Origin: Microcystaceae cyanobacterium
GTDB lineage: Bacteria; Cyanobacteriota; Cyanobacteriia; Cyanobacteriales; Microcystaceae
Direction of reading: 5' to 3'
DNA: 20,778 nucleotides
NCBI GenBank assembly: GCA_041746575.1
Contig: JBGTGT010000015.1
Coordinates: forward strand, 1 to 20,778
In this document: piece after piece, positions 1 through 7,371 of the stretch
Numbering within the stretch: position 1 is the stretch's first letter
Layout of the letters: the number at the start of each line of letters is the position of its first letter
Notes under the pieces: model-generated
Seen by the model: the letters and a program-made list of their open reading frames with translations, nothing else
Told to the model about the DNA's origin: nothing
Database searches by the model: none
Translations under genes and position numbers: made by a program

Positions 1-247
1 TTTCTAGTCCCACTACTTTGGCTATCTCAGGTAAACTCTTTCTTTTTATATCACTTATTAGCCCTACATGAAGATATTTAAAACACTCATAGGCTCTGAC
101 TTCTACAAATAAGTCTTGGTACAATTTACGAAGTCAGAGGAGGCCCTGTCGTTTCACGGCAGGGTCTCTCTGACAGTATGTATCAATGAATTTAACGGTT
201 GGGGCGGGGGGTCTAGGCTTAACCATTGTCTCTATCTGGGTTTCCAT
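1..247 (-). pseudogene. IS701-family transposase, N-terminal part, interrupted by a 45-bp insertion that carries an in-frame TGA
   Basis: Manual minus-strand translation from ATG 247 (or 226): METQIETMVKPRPPAPTVKFIDTYC-[QRDPAVKRQGLL*LR]-KLYQDLFVEVRAYECFKYLHVGLISDIKRKSLPEIAKVVGLE. The flanks match the typical cyanobacterial IS701 N-terminus (F.D.YC..Y..LF.EVR..E.FKYLH.G.ISD.KRK.LP.IA). Not in the ORF track. Confidence 0.85.
130..174 (+). mobile_element. 45-bp palindromic miniature insertion, possibly an IS200/IS605-derived (PATE/REP-like) element
   Basis: Removing 130-174 restores the transposase frame (YC-KLY). The insert folds as GTCAGAG(G)AGGCCCTGTCG-TTTCA-CGGCAGGGTCTCTCTGAC, follows TTAC (126-129), ends in TGAC, and shows no target duplication beyond the shared AC. 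Confidence 0.7.
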
Positions 248-447
248 CTCTTTTCTTCATTTTACTCTCCCCAGTCTGATGAAAGAGAGTTAGCTTAAAT
301 GAATTGCGCAATCAAATTATGCACCCTCAGCGTTCCTTAGTTAATAACAAAACTACTTTACAACAATTATGGCAAAGAATTGATCGTTTACAGGATGCCC
401 TCTTTCGACTACGACAGTTACAATTCGTTTCCCTTAAATAACCTAAA

Positions 448-2808
448 TTATAGAGAAGGGCAAGCCGGAAAATCGAGAGTTTTAGGTGCATTTCCCTCTG
501 CTTTCAAAACAACTGTGCCGTCTTCCTTAAGACTCCATGCTTGTGCTTCAATAATCGGTTTTGGAAGCGGTAAAGGCGAAAAAGATGGGTTGAAACGAGA
601 ATCCTCTTGTGTTAATGTTGGCGTTCGTAAATCTACTAATCCTTGTATTGAATCGATTGAAGTGAGCGGATTAAGGGATAATCCACTACGTCCTACGATG
701 ACAAATCGTCCCCCTGCATATTCACCGACCGTACCGCATTGCTGAACAATGATATTCTGGGGATCAATTACATCAGCCGGCAGCGTTGCAAAACTACTTT
801 GAGGATCAAGATCAAGACGACTGATATTAATAATTCCCGAAACTCCGAACTGAGAACTAGCATTAATATCGCTAAATTCACTAAATTCCCGCTCTTCTAA
901 GCCAAAAATAGCAAAAGTTCGCAGTTCAATACTGCCACCGTTCCCTGCTTCTGCATTAGCTACAATATCCGTATTTTCAAGAGCCACTGCCTCAATAAAC
1001 GGCGTTTGAATGAGAATATTTCCTCCATTCCCCCCAACCGCTTGAGCAGAGATATAAGGATTATTCAAGGGTGTACCCTCAATATTATTGCGCAATACAA
1101 TAAAATCACTAGCATTAATTTGAATATTGCCCCCTTCCCCTGAATTACTCTCTGCACTAATTAACGCTTGATTATTAATCACAATACTTTCTGCTTCAAT
1201 GGCAATATTACCCGCATTCCCTAAACTTGTCCCACTGGTGGTAATTGTGCCTCGAAAGTCTGTCATTGCTTGGTTTTGTAGGATTAATTGACCTGTTTTG
1301 AGATCAATATTGCCCCCGTCGCCTGAACCTTGAGTTGTCGCAACAATACGACTCGGAATGGTTGTAATGCGATTTATTTCTGCTATGTCATCAAATTCTC
1401 GAAAGAGTCCAGTTCCCTCTAAATTTACGATTTCAGTTGCATTAATATTGATTAATCCTCCATCTCCGAAATCTTTGCTCGGTAGAGGAACACCCACAAG
1501 CGGGAAGGTCGATGCCCGAATTTCTGCACCATCCCGCATGACGAGCCGTTTCGTCGTAATATCAATCATCCCTGCATCACCGGCTGTCCGAGTGGCAACG
1601 GCGATGGAACTATTACCCACTTCTGAATTACTACCGCTCATTTCAATCGATTCTGAGGCTAAAATCCTCAAATTTCCGCTATTACCCTCGATATCAGAAC
1701 CATTCATTGACGAAAAAGTATCAGAAAAAATACCCGCACCGTCTTGAATACTGAAGTGTTTTGTGATGACTTCAATATTTCCTGCATTGCCATTATTAAA
1801 CGTTCGAGTGAATAATCCACTGGACAAGTCGTCTCGAAATCCGATGAGCTTCAGGGTATCAGAAGCTTGAACGACAATGTTGCCAGCAGATTTTTCTCCG
1901 AATACAAAAGAAATAAGCGCACTTCCCTCGCTCAAGGTAATATTGCGGCCAACCATTTGGATACTACCACTACCCAGTTCAAGTTGAGATAAGTCTGCTA
2001 TTACACGTTCTGACTCTGATACATCTACCGTCGTCAAATCAGAGAGGGTAATATCTTGGAACTGCTGGACTTTGTCATAGCTGAATTGCCACCCCAAGGG
2101 ATCCGGCACTAAATTAACAAAACTTCCTGCCGCTACACTTCCAATATCAATTCTGCCAGCAGGGGCTTTAAGATGAGCCGAATCTATATTGGGTAAAGGA
2201 CTCCCAATCGTCTCAATATCTCCCCCTAATAAAGCAAGGGTTTGTAGAGGCTTTACCACCAAGCGATCAGCCAACGTTTGTACTTGTATTGATTGCGCTT
2301 GTTGACCAAATTGTAAACCCATCGGAAGATTGATAGATAGTAAAGGAGAAGATTGTCCGATAACGCTACTAAAAATCTTGCCATCTTGAAAAACAAGGCT
2401 TTCTGCGGTAGTTGCCACGAAAGATCCTCCAATATTTAGAGAAGCGTTCGCCCCAAAGAGAATTCCATGGGGATTGAGCAGAAATAAACTGGCATTTCCT
2501 TGATTCTGGATTAGACCATCAATTTGGGAAGGATTTTGACCCGTGACTCGACTAAAAATATTAGTGATATCCGTCGGATTCAAGAATTGAGCAGATCCGT
2601 TCATTGGAACGGAAAAAGAATCAAAACTGTGATAAAGGTTACTGCCTACTCTTGCACCTCCTGTGATCTGAAAATCTTGGTTGTTTTCTGTCTGCACTGT
2701 AGTAACAGTGCTTAACGTATGATCAGGAGCAACTTGCGCGGTGGCGGGGGGACCTAGAACATTAAAACTAATTGCGATTAAGAGATAAGCATTTAACCAA
2801 GTGGACAT
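448..2808 (-). CDS. Filamentous haemagglutinin N-terminal domain protein (TpsA-like beta-helical exoprotein, cyanobacterial type)
   Basis: Signal peptide (ATA|QV). Haemagglutination-activity/TPS domain (NLYHSFDSFSVP, NIFSRVTG, LFLLNPHGILFG, GGSFVATTA). GNAGNI/GDAG/GDGG beta-helix repeats. Cyanobacterial C-terminal motifs INASSQFG, FVIVGRSGL and IIEAQAW. Confidence 0.93.
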   Translation of the reverse strand: MSTWLNAYLLIAISFNVLGPPATAQVAPDHTLSTVTTVQTENNQDFQITGGARVGSNLYHSFDSFSVPMNGSAQFLNPTDITNIFSRVTGQNPSQIDGLIQNQGNASLFLLNPHGILFGANASLNIGGSFVATTAESLVFQDGKIFSSVIGQSSPLLSINLPMGLQFGQQAQSIQVQTLADRLVVKPLQTLALLGGDIETIGSPLPNIDSAHLKAPAGRIDIGSVAAGSFVNLVPDPLGWQFSYDKVQQFQDITLSDLTTVDVSESERVIADLSQLELGSGSIQMVGRNITLSEGSALISFVFGEKSAGNIVVQASDTLKLIGFRDDLSSGLFTRTFNNGNAGNIEVITKHFSIQDGAGIFSDTFSSMNGSDIEGNSGNLRILASESIEMSGSNSEVGNSSIAVATRTAGDAGMIDITTKRLVMRDGAEIRASTFPLVGVPLPSKDFGDGGLININATEIVNLEGTGLFREFDDIAEINRITTIPSRIVATTQGSGDGGNIDLKTGQLILQNQAMTDFRGTITTSGTSLGNAGNIAIEAESIVINNQALISAESNSGEGGNIQINASDFIVLRNNIEGTPLNNPYISAQAVGGNGGNILIQTPFIEAVALENTDIVANAEAGNGGSIELRTFAIFGLEEREFSEFSDINASSQFGVSGIINISRLDLDPQSSFATLPADVIDPQNIIVQQCGTVGEYAGGRFVIVGRSGLSLNPLTSIDSIQGLVDLRTPTLTQEDSRFNPSFSPLPLPKPIIEAQAWSLKEDGTVVLKAEGNAPKTLDFPACPSL

Positions 2809-2867
2809 CTGCTGGAACAGAACGCATTTAATGCTATCTTAATACACAATTCGTCTCTTTCTCTATT

Positions 2868-2910
2868 AAAAAACCCCATATGAGTATCTTAGCAAGATTA
2901 ATTAGGGGTT
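2868..2910 (-). terminator. Possible intrinsic terminator downstream of the small peptide gene
   Basis: Minus strand reads AACCCC-TAATTA-ATCTT-GCT-AAGAT-ACTCATAT-GGGGTT-TTTT: outer and inner stems, an imperfect middle, and a U-tract. Confidence 0.45.
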
Positions 2911-2941
2911 ATATGTTTTTCTTCTCAGCCTTGATTGTGAA

Positions 2942-3106
2942 TTAACAACCTCGGCGGCACGCTTGAGGCTGGGTACTATTTTGGACTTGCTCTTGAGCAG
3001 AAGCCGATTGATTTCCATATTCGTTTTCAGCATTCACTCTTTTCACGAAACCGAAAGAAGCGGTCAGGGTGAGGGCAACGAGGGTGATAGTGGTTAGGGA
3101 TTTCAT
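2942..3106 (-). CDS. Small secreted peptide precursor (54 aa): Sec-type signal peptide plus ~28-aa mature peptide ending CRRGC
   Basis: ATG at 3106 is preceded by AAGGAG at 6 nt spacing, so it is preferred over the ORF-track start at 3127. Sequence: MKSLTTITLVALTLTASFGFVKRVNA|ENEYGNQSASAQEQVQNSTQPQACRRGC. It has a basic N-terminus, a hydrophobic core and a V-x-A cleavage site. Confidence 0.75.
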   Translation of the reverse strand: MKSLTTITLVALTLTASFGFVKRVNAENEYGNQSASAQEQVQNSTQPQACRRGC

Positions 3107-3112
3107 GGCTGA

Positions 3113-3118
3113 CTCCTT
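3113..3118 (-). promoter_or_regulatory. Shine-Dalgarno sequence (AAGGAG) of the small peptide gene
   Basis: Minus strand TTAAGGAGTCAGCC-ATG. Confidence 0.75.
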
Positions 3119-3486
3119 AAATTTCATCTTTTGATTTATGCTTACATCATAGACGAAGAGTTAAAGATCGAATAACCGAAAAACTCTTTAAATCTAAATA
3201 TATTTTATTTTTAACTTGTGGTGAATATACGGAATAGTTAAGAGGTTATTCATATATAACTGTAAAAATGAATCAGTTGTCTATCTTAATGGCCTGAAAT
3301 TTTGATGGACCTAAAAAGGAGTGACGGAAATCACAAGCCCAGGTTGATCTTAGACACACAATGACCGGCTCATCTCAAGCCCCTCAAGTCGGTCAAGAAT
3401 CTATCATATAAATAAGCCTTTGTCTTTCTGGTTAAGTTTTGGCTTTGTTTAACTCAAGTTCTTTTTAGTCTGACCTTCCCCTTCCC

Positions 3487-6057
3487 TTAACTAGACTGCC
3501 GTAGTAACTCCGTTGCCACCTCTTTCGAGAGGGGTTTAGCAAAGAAATAGCCTTGTCCGTATTCACATTCTAAATCTTGGAGAATCTGTACTTGGTCGCT
3601 AGTTTCAATCCCTTCGGCGATGACGTCTAGCTCTAGATTATGCCCCAGCGCAATAATTGTTCGTACGATTTGACTATATTTTCCCTCATCTTCTGAGAGA
3701 TCCATACGACTGACAAAAGAGCGATCAATTTTTAAAGTATCTATCGGAAAACGATGAAGATAACTTAAAGAAGAATAGCCCGTCCCAAAGTCATCAATGC
3801 TTAACCGCAGTCCCAACGCTTTCAAGCGTTTCAATAATTCAATAGCCGCTTCCACGTCATTCATCATCATACTTTCCGTAATTTCTAGCTTCAACATCTC
3901 CCCCGATAAGCCAATTTGCTCTAAAGTCAAGGCAATTTGAGAGACAAGATTGGGTTGACTAAATTGACGACTTGAAAGATTGACACTCATAATTACCGAT
4001 TGATGTTGGGGAAACATTTGTTGCCATGTCCGCATTTGACGACAGGCTTCTTTTAAAATCCATTGGCCGAGTTCCACAATTAATCCTGTTTCTTCAGCGA
4101 TGGGAATAAAAGCACTGGGAGAAACAAAGCCCCGTTTAGAGGATTGCCAGCGAACTAAAGCCTCAAATCCAGCAATTTTACGGTTTTTTAGCGATATAAT
4201 CGGCTGATAATAAAGTCGAAACTCTTGGTTCTTTAAGGCATTCCAGAGATCTATTTCTAATTCCCAGCGTTGAGTTGCTTCTAAATCCATGCCTGCCAAA
4301 TAGAGATCATGACGATCCTTACCTGCCTCTTTAGCTCGATTCATCGCAATATCTGCATATCTCAGCAGTTCTCGGGCTTGAAATTCTCGACCCAGCGTGC
4401 CATGGGCAATACCCACACTGGCTGTGCTACGAATTTCTGTTCCTTGCCAAATAAAAATTTCTGCCAGTTCTTGGTGAATTAACGCCACAATCGTGTCAAT
4501 TTTTGAGTTGTCCACGGCGGATTTTAAACAGATGGCAAATTCATCCCCACCGACTCGGCCCAGAAAAGCCTGATCCTGAAATAATTGCTTCAGTTTTAAG
4601 GCGATCGCTTTAAGCAAGCAATCTCCGGCTTCGGGGCCTAGGGCAGCGTTAATCTTATTGAAACCATCAATATCCAAGAAAAATAGGGTCACTTGGTCAT
4701 GGGAAGGATCTATGCCTACACGATTGAATTTCTGGAGATTTTGCAGAAATAAACGACGATTCGGCAACTCTGTTAACGGATCATGATAAGTTCGATAAAG
4801 GACTTTATAAGCGAGTAGAGACGCCCCGGTCAGTGCCAGACCGAGAAGGGCAGGAACAAAAGGAATCCAAAACCCTTGCAGGTAAAAAAGCAAACTGAGG
4901 CTCCAAATTCCTCCCACTGCCAGCAATACCCCGCTTAAAAGTGGAACGAGGCGATTTGTCCGCCAAACTAAGATGCCTCCGACCCAACTCCAGCCCCAAA
5001 TCCAAATCCATTCTTGCTGATTTGACCAAGACGTTAAGGACGGTTGATCTTCCAAAACGCTTTTGATAATTTGACTGACCATCAAGCCATGAATTTTGAC
5101 GCCCGGCATCTCAAAATTAGTCGTGTTGGCCGCACTATAAGGCGTTGGAAACGTATCTTTCTTACTCGGTGCAACATAACCCACGAGAATTATCTTATTT
5201 TCAAGCCAGTTTGGCTCAAAATCTCCAGTCAAAAGCTGTTCTAAGCTAATTTGGCGAGCTACTTGCGGAGAGTCATATTTCAATAATACCTGCCAACCTT
5301 GGGCTTCCGAAGCCGGCAACTGATATCCCCCCGACGTAGATGATAAACGGGGAAAAACCGTGGAACTTATCTGCAAATCGTCAGGAAAAACCTTAAATAC
5401 CTTCTTATTTCGAGATTCTAGATATTTGAGTGCAATTTGAAGAGCAAAAGCATAAGCTTTGACTTGACCATTGGGGGATTGTCCATAAAGAAAATAGCGA
5501 CGTACCACATTATCGGGATCAATAATGAGATCCACAAACCCCACTCTTGACGCAGGTATACCTAACGGCGGGGGAACACCTTGGCTCTCACTATTAGGCA
5601 ACTGGGTTGGAACAATAATATTTTCGGCTTTTAGGGCTTGAGCTAATGCTTCCTCGCCAGGGGGATGGGGAACATCCCGAAAGATATCCAGTCCAATCAC
5701 CGCCGGACGATGTTGCTGTAACGCTCTTAGGAGTTTGGCAATCACCGCATCCGAAAGTTCTCCTTGTTGTTGTTTTTGGAGGTCTTTTTCATTAATGCCA
5801 ATAATCAGTAGGCGATCATCTAAGCCTTGATGAGAGGTTAAACGAACCAGATGATCGTAAGCAGTCAGTTCCAAAAATTGTAAATACCCTTTTTGACGAA
5901 TGCCTCCCAAAGTGACGGTTACCACTAAAGAAGAAAAAAGGATTGGCAAAAATAACAGTGTCAAGCAACGCTTACGGAACGACGAATTAATAGCAGGCAA
6001 GGGTTGATTGGCAGCACCGAATCGTTTTTGTCGCTTTCGAGAAAAGGGAGAACTCAC
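3487..6057 (-). CDS. CHASE2 - 3TM - GGDEF - EAL c-di-GMP signalling protein
   Basis: N-terminal TM. CHASE2 motifs (LELTAYD, DDRLLIIGINEKDL, VIGLDIFRD, DPDNVVRR, MPGVKIHG). Three TM helices, then HDPLTELPNR, RVGGDEF, FEALVRW, LEITES, DDFGTGYSSLSYL, AEGIET and GQGYFF. GTG start. Confidence 0.95.
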   Translation of the reverse strand: MSSPFSRKRQKRFGAANQPLPAINSSFRKRCLTLLFLPILFSSLVVTVTLGGIRQKGYLQFLELTAYDHLVRLTSHQGLDDRLLIIGINEKDLQKQQQGELSDAVIAKLLRALQQHRPAVIGLDIFRDVPHPPGEEALAQALKAENIIVPTQLPNSESQGVPPPLGIPASRVGFVDLIIDPDNVVRRYFLYGQSPNGQVKAYAFALQIALKYLESRNKKVFKVFPDDLQISSTVFPRLSSTSGGYQLPASEAQGWQVLLKYDSPQVARQISLEQLLTGDFEPNWLENKIILVGYVAPSKKDTFPTPYSAANTTNFEMPGVKIHGLMVSQIIKSVLEDQPSLTSWSNQQEWIWIWGWSWVGGILVWRTNRLVPLLSGVLLAVGGIWSLSLLFYLQGFWIPFVPALLGLALTGASLLAYKVLYRTYHDPLTELPNRRLFLQNLQKFNRVGIDPSHDQVTLFFLDIDGFNKINAALGPEAGDCLLKAIALKLKQLFQDQAFLGRVGGDEFAICLKSAVDNSKIDTIVALIHQELAEIFIWQGTEIRSTASVGIAHGTLGREFQARELLRYADIAMNRAKEAGKDRHDLYLAGMDLEATQRWELEIDLWNALKNQEFRLYYQPIISLKNRKIAGFEALVRWQSSKRGFVSPSAFIPIAEETGLIVELGQWILKEACRQMRTWQQMFPQHQSVIMSVNLSSRQFSQPNLVSQIALTLEQIGLSGEMLKLEITESMMMNDVEAAIELLKRLKALGLRLSIDDFGTGYSSLSYLHRFPIDTLKIDRSFVSRMDLSEDEGKYSQIVRTIIALGHNLELDVIAEGIETSDQVQILQDLECEYGQGYFFAKPLSKEVATELLRQSS

Positions 6058-6396
6058 AGCTCGCTATGACCCATCGAAAATAATCAATATTAGCATAATT
6101 CAATCTAAAAATAGGTTAAAGACTGGTTTAGTCGTCCATGGGCTGTTTCAATAATCCATCTTCTCCCATGATAATCTGAATCTTTCTGGGATAACACGGA
6201 GTCGAGCCAATATTTTAATGATGATTCCTTATTTTCTAAGGACATTTTCCGATATTCTTTTCCGTTAGGAATAGGGTATATTGTAGATAGTGAATCTTTA
6301 TTCATCATCTTAAGCAACGATTGAGAGAATTTCAATTGCGCTAAATAAATTGAATGGTTTTTATACTTTTGAGCCAGTTTGGTTAGGGACATTGAT

Positions 6397-7371
6397 ATGA
6401 TAACTAAAATCTTCATAAATCGAGCAATCGGATTCACCAGTGTCTCCTCTCTTCTGATAGGGACGTTTTTGCTGTTTGCCAGCCCGTCTTTAGCTCTATC
6501 TGGCGGAGATTCTAACACCGTTAGTACTCCATCTCGTCGTAAGCCTGGAGCTAGTCGTTTTGACTCTTCTGCGTTATCAGAAGTCAGCAGTCCGTCTCGT
6601 CGTAAGCCTGGCAGTACCCGTGAAGCTGGACTGGCTAGTCCACTCCGTCGTAAACCGGGCAGTACCCGCGAAGAGGTGATTGTGAGTCCTCTCCGTCGTA
6701 AGCCTGGCAGTACTCGTTCTGATATTGCGCTGCTGTTGCAAGATCAGAAGAGCAAACAAGGTTCTTATCACTGTAATTCTGATATTTATCAGCTGACAGC
6801 ATTAATTCCTGAAAATCTTCAATTAAAGACGACTCAAGCGACCCCGACCCTCTATTTCAAGATGCCGTCTTTGCCAACTCCGACCGAAATGGAATTTGTC
6901 CTACAAGATGAACAGCGACAGGTTGTCTATGCGGCAACGCTACGGGGTAATCCTCAAGCAGGGATCATGGCTTTAACCCTTCCTCCCTCTCAAGAATTGC
7001 AAGTTAATCAAAATTATCGCTGGTATTTATCGGTGATTTGTGATGCGAATCGTCGGGAACGAGATTTGGTCGTGGAAGGATTAATCCAACGGGTTGAACT
7101 CGATGCCACGACGCGCCAAAGTTTGAGCCACGCCTCACGCCAAGAACAAATTCGTCTGTATCAAGCGCAAGGATTATGGCAAGATGCGCTACAAACGGTG
7201 GTCACTGCTTATCAAGAGAGTCACGAAGCGGCACTGATTCCGGTATGGCAATCTCTATTAATAGAGATTAATTTAGGCGGGCTGGAGGATGCGATGACGA
7301 AAAAAAGCTTTTTTGCCCTTGATTTGCAACCCCTCAGTCTGAATGTCCCCGCCCCAATTAATTCTGATTAA
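6397..7371 (+). CDS. DUF928 domain-containing secreted protein with N-terminal basic repeats
   Basis: ATG at 6397 is preferred over TTG at 6379. Signal peptide ends SLA|LS. DUF928 motifs C..LTALIP, PTLYF..P, EFVL.DE, L.V...YRWY.SVICD, V.G.IQRV and Y...GLWQDAL. The stop codon overlaps that of the convergent glycosyltransferase (TTAA 7368-7371). Confidence 0.88.
   Translation: MITKIFINRAIGFTSVSSLLIGTFLLFASPSLALSGGDSNTVSTPSRRKPGASRFDSSALSEVSSPSRRKPGSTREAGLASPLRRKPGSTREEVIVSPLRRKPGSTRSDIALLLQDQKSKQGSYHCNSDIYQLTALIPENLQLKTTQATPTLYFKMPSLPTPTEMEFVLQDEQRQVVYAATLRGNPQAGIMALTLPPSQELQVNQNYRWYLSVICDANRRERDLVVEGLIQRVELDATTRQSLSHASRQEQIRLYQAQGLWQDALQTVVTAYQESHEAALIPVWQSLLIEINLGGLEDAMTKKSFFALDLQPLSLNVPAPINSD
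6526..6717 (+). repeat. Four in-frame 33-bp repeats encoding TPSRRKPGASR, SPSRRKPGSTR, SPLRRKPGSTR and SPLRRKPGSTR
   Basis: Copies at 6526-6558, 6589-6621, 6637-6669 and 6685-6717 (periods 63, 48, 48 bp). DNA core CGTCGTAARCCKGG, varying mostly at synonymous positions. Confidence 0.95.

Larger units (their letters stand above)
1..293 (-). mobile_element. IS701-family insertion sequence, left end (continues beyond the window start)
   Basis: Contains the transposase N-terminus (next feature). The end is placed approximately at minus-strand CTAACTCTCTTTCATCAG (~293-276), which resembles cyanobacterial IS701-type termini as I recall them. The partner inverted repeat lies outside the window. Confidence 0.7.

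Noticed and set aside
116..298. 60-aa plus-strand ORF
   Set aside because: Antisense shadow of the IS701 transposase N-terminus.
380..2715. Plus-strand ORFs 380-745, 1358-1747 and 2524-2715
   Set aside because: Antisense to the well-supported FHA-like gene, with no recognisable motifs.
2942..3106. Calling the small peptide PatS/PatX or a RiPP precursor
   Set aside because: It lacks the RG(S/T)GR motif, has a Sec-type signal rather than a RiPP leader, and no modifying enzymes are nearby.
3128..3486. c-di-GMP riboswitch next to the GGDEF-EAL gene
   Set aside because: I could not find the GEMM-type consensus elements on either strand by eye. An Rfam scan would settle it.
6526..6717. CRISPR-like appearance (33-bp repeats with unique spacers)
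   Set aside because: The repeats are in frame within a CDS and vary at synonymous positions. Spacers are only 15-30 bp, and no cas genes or leader are present.
6105..6771. Minus-strand ORFs 6105-6518 and 6577-6771 (the latter with TARLTT repeats)
   Set aside because: They overlap DUF928 antisense and its promoter. The repeats simply mirror the RRKPGSTR array.
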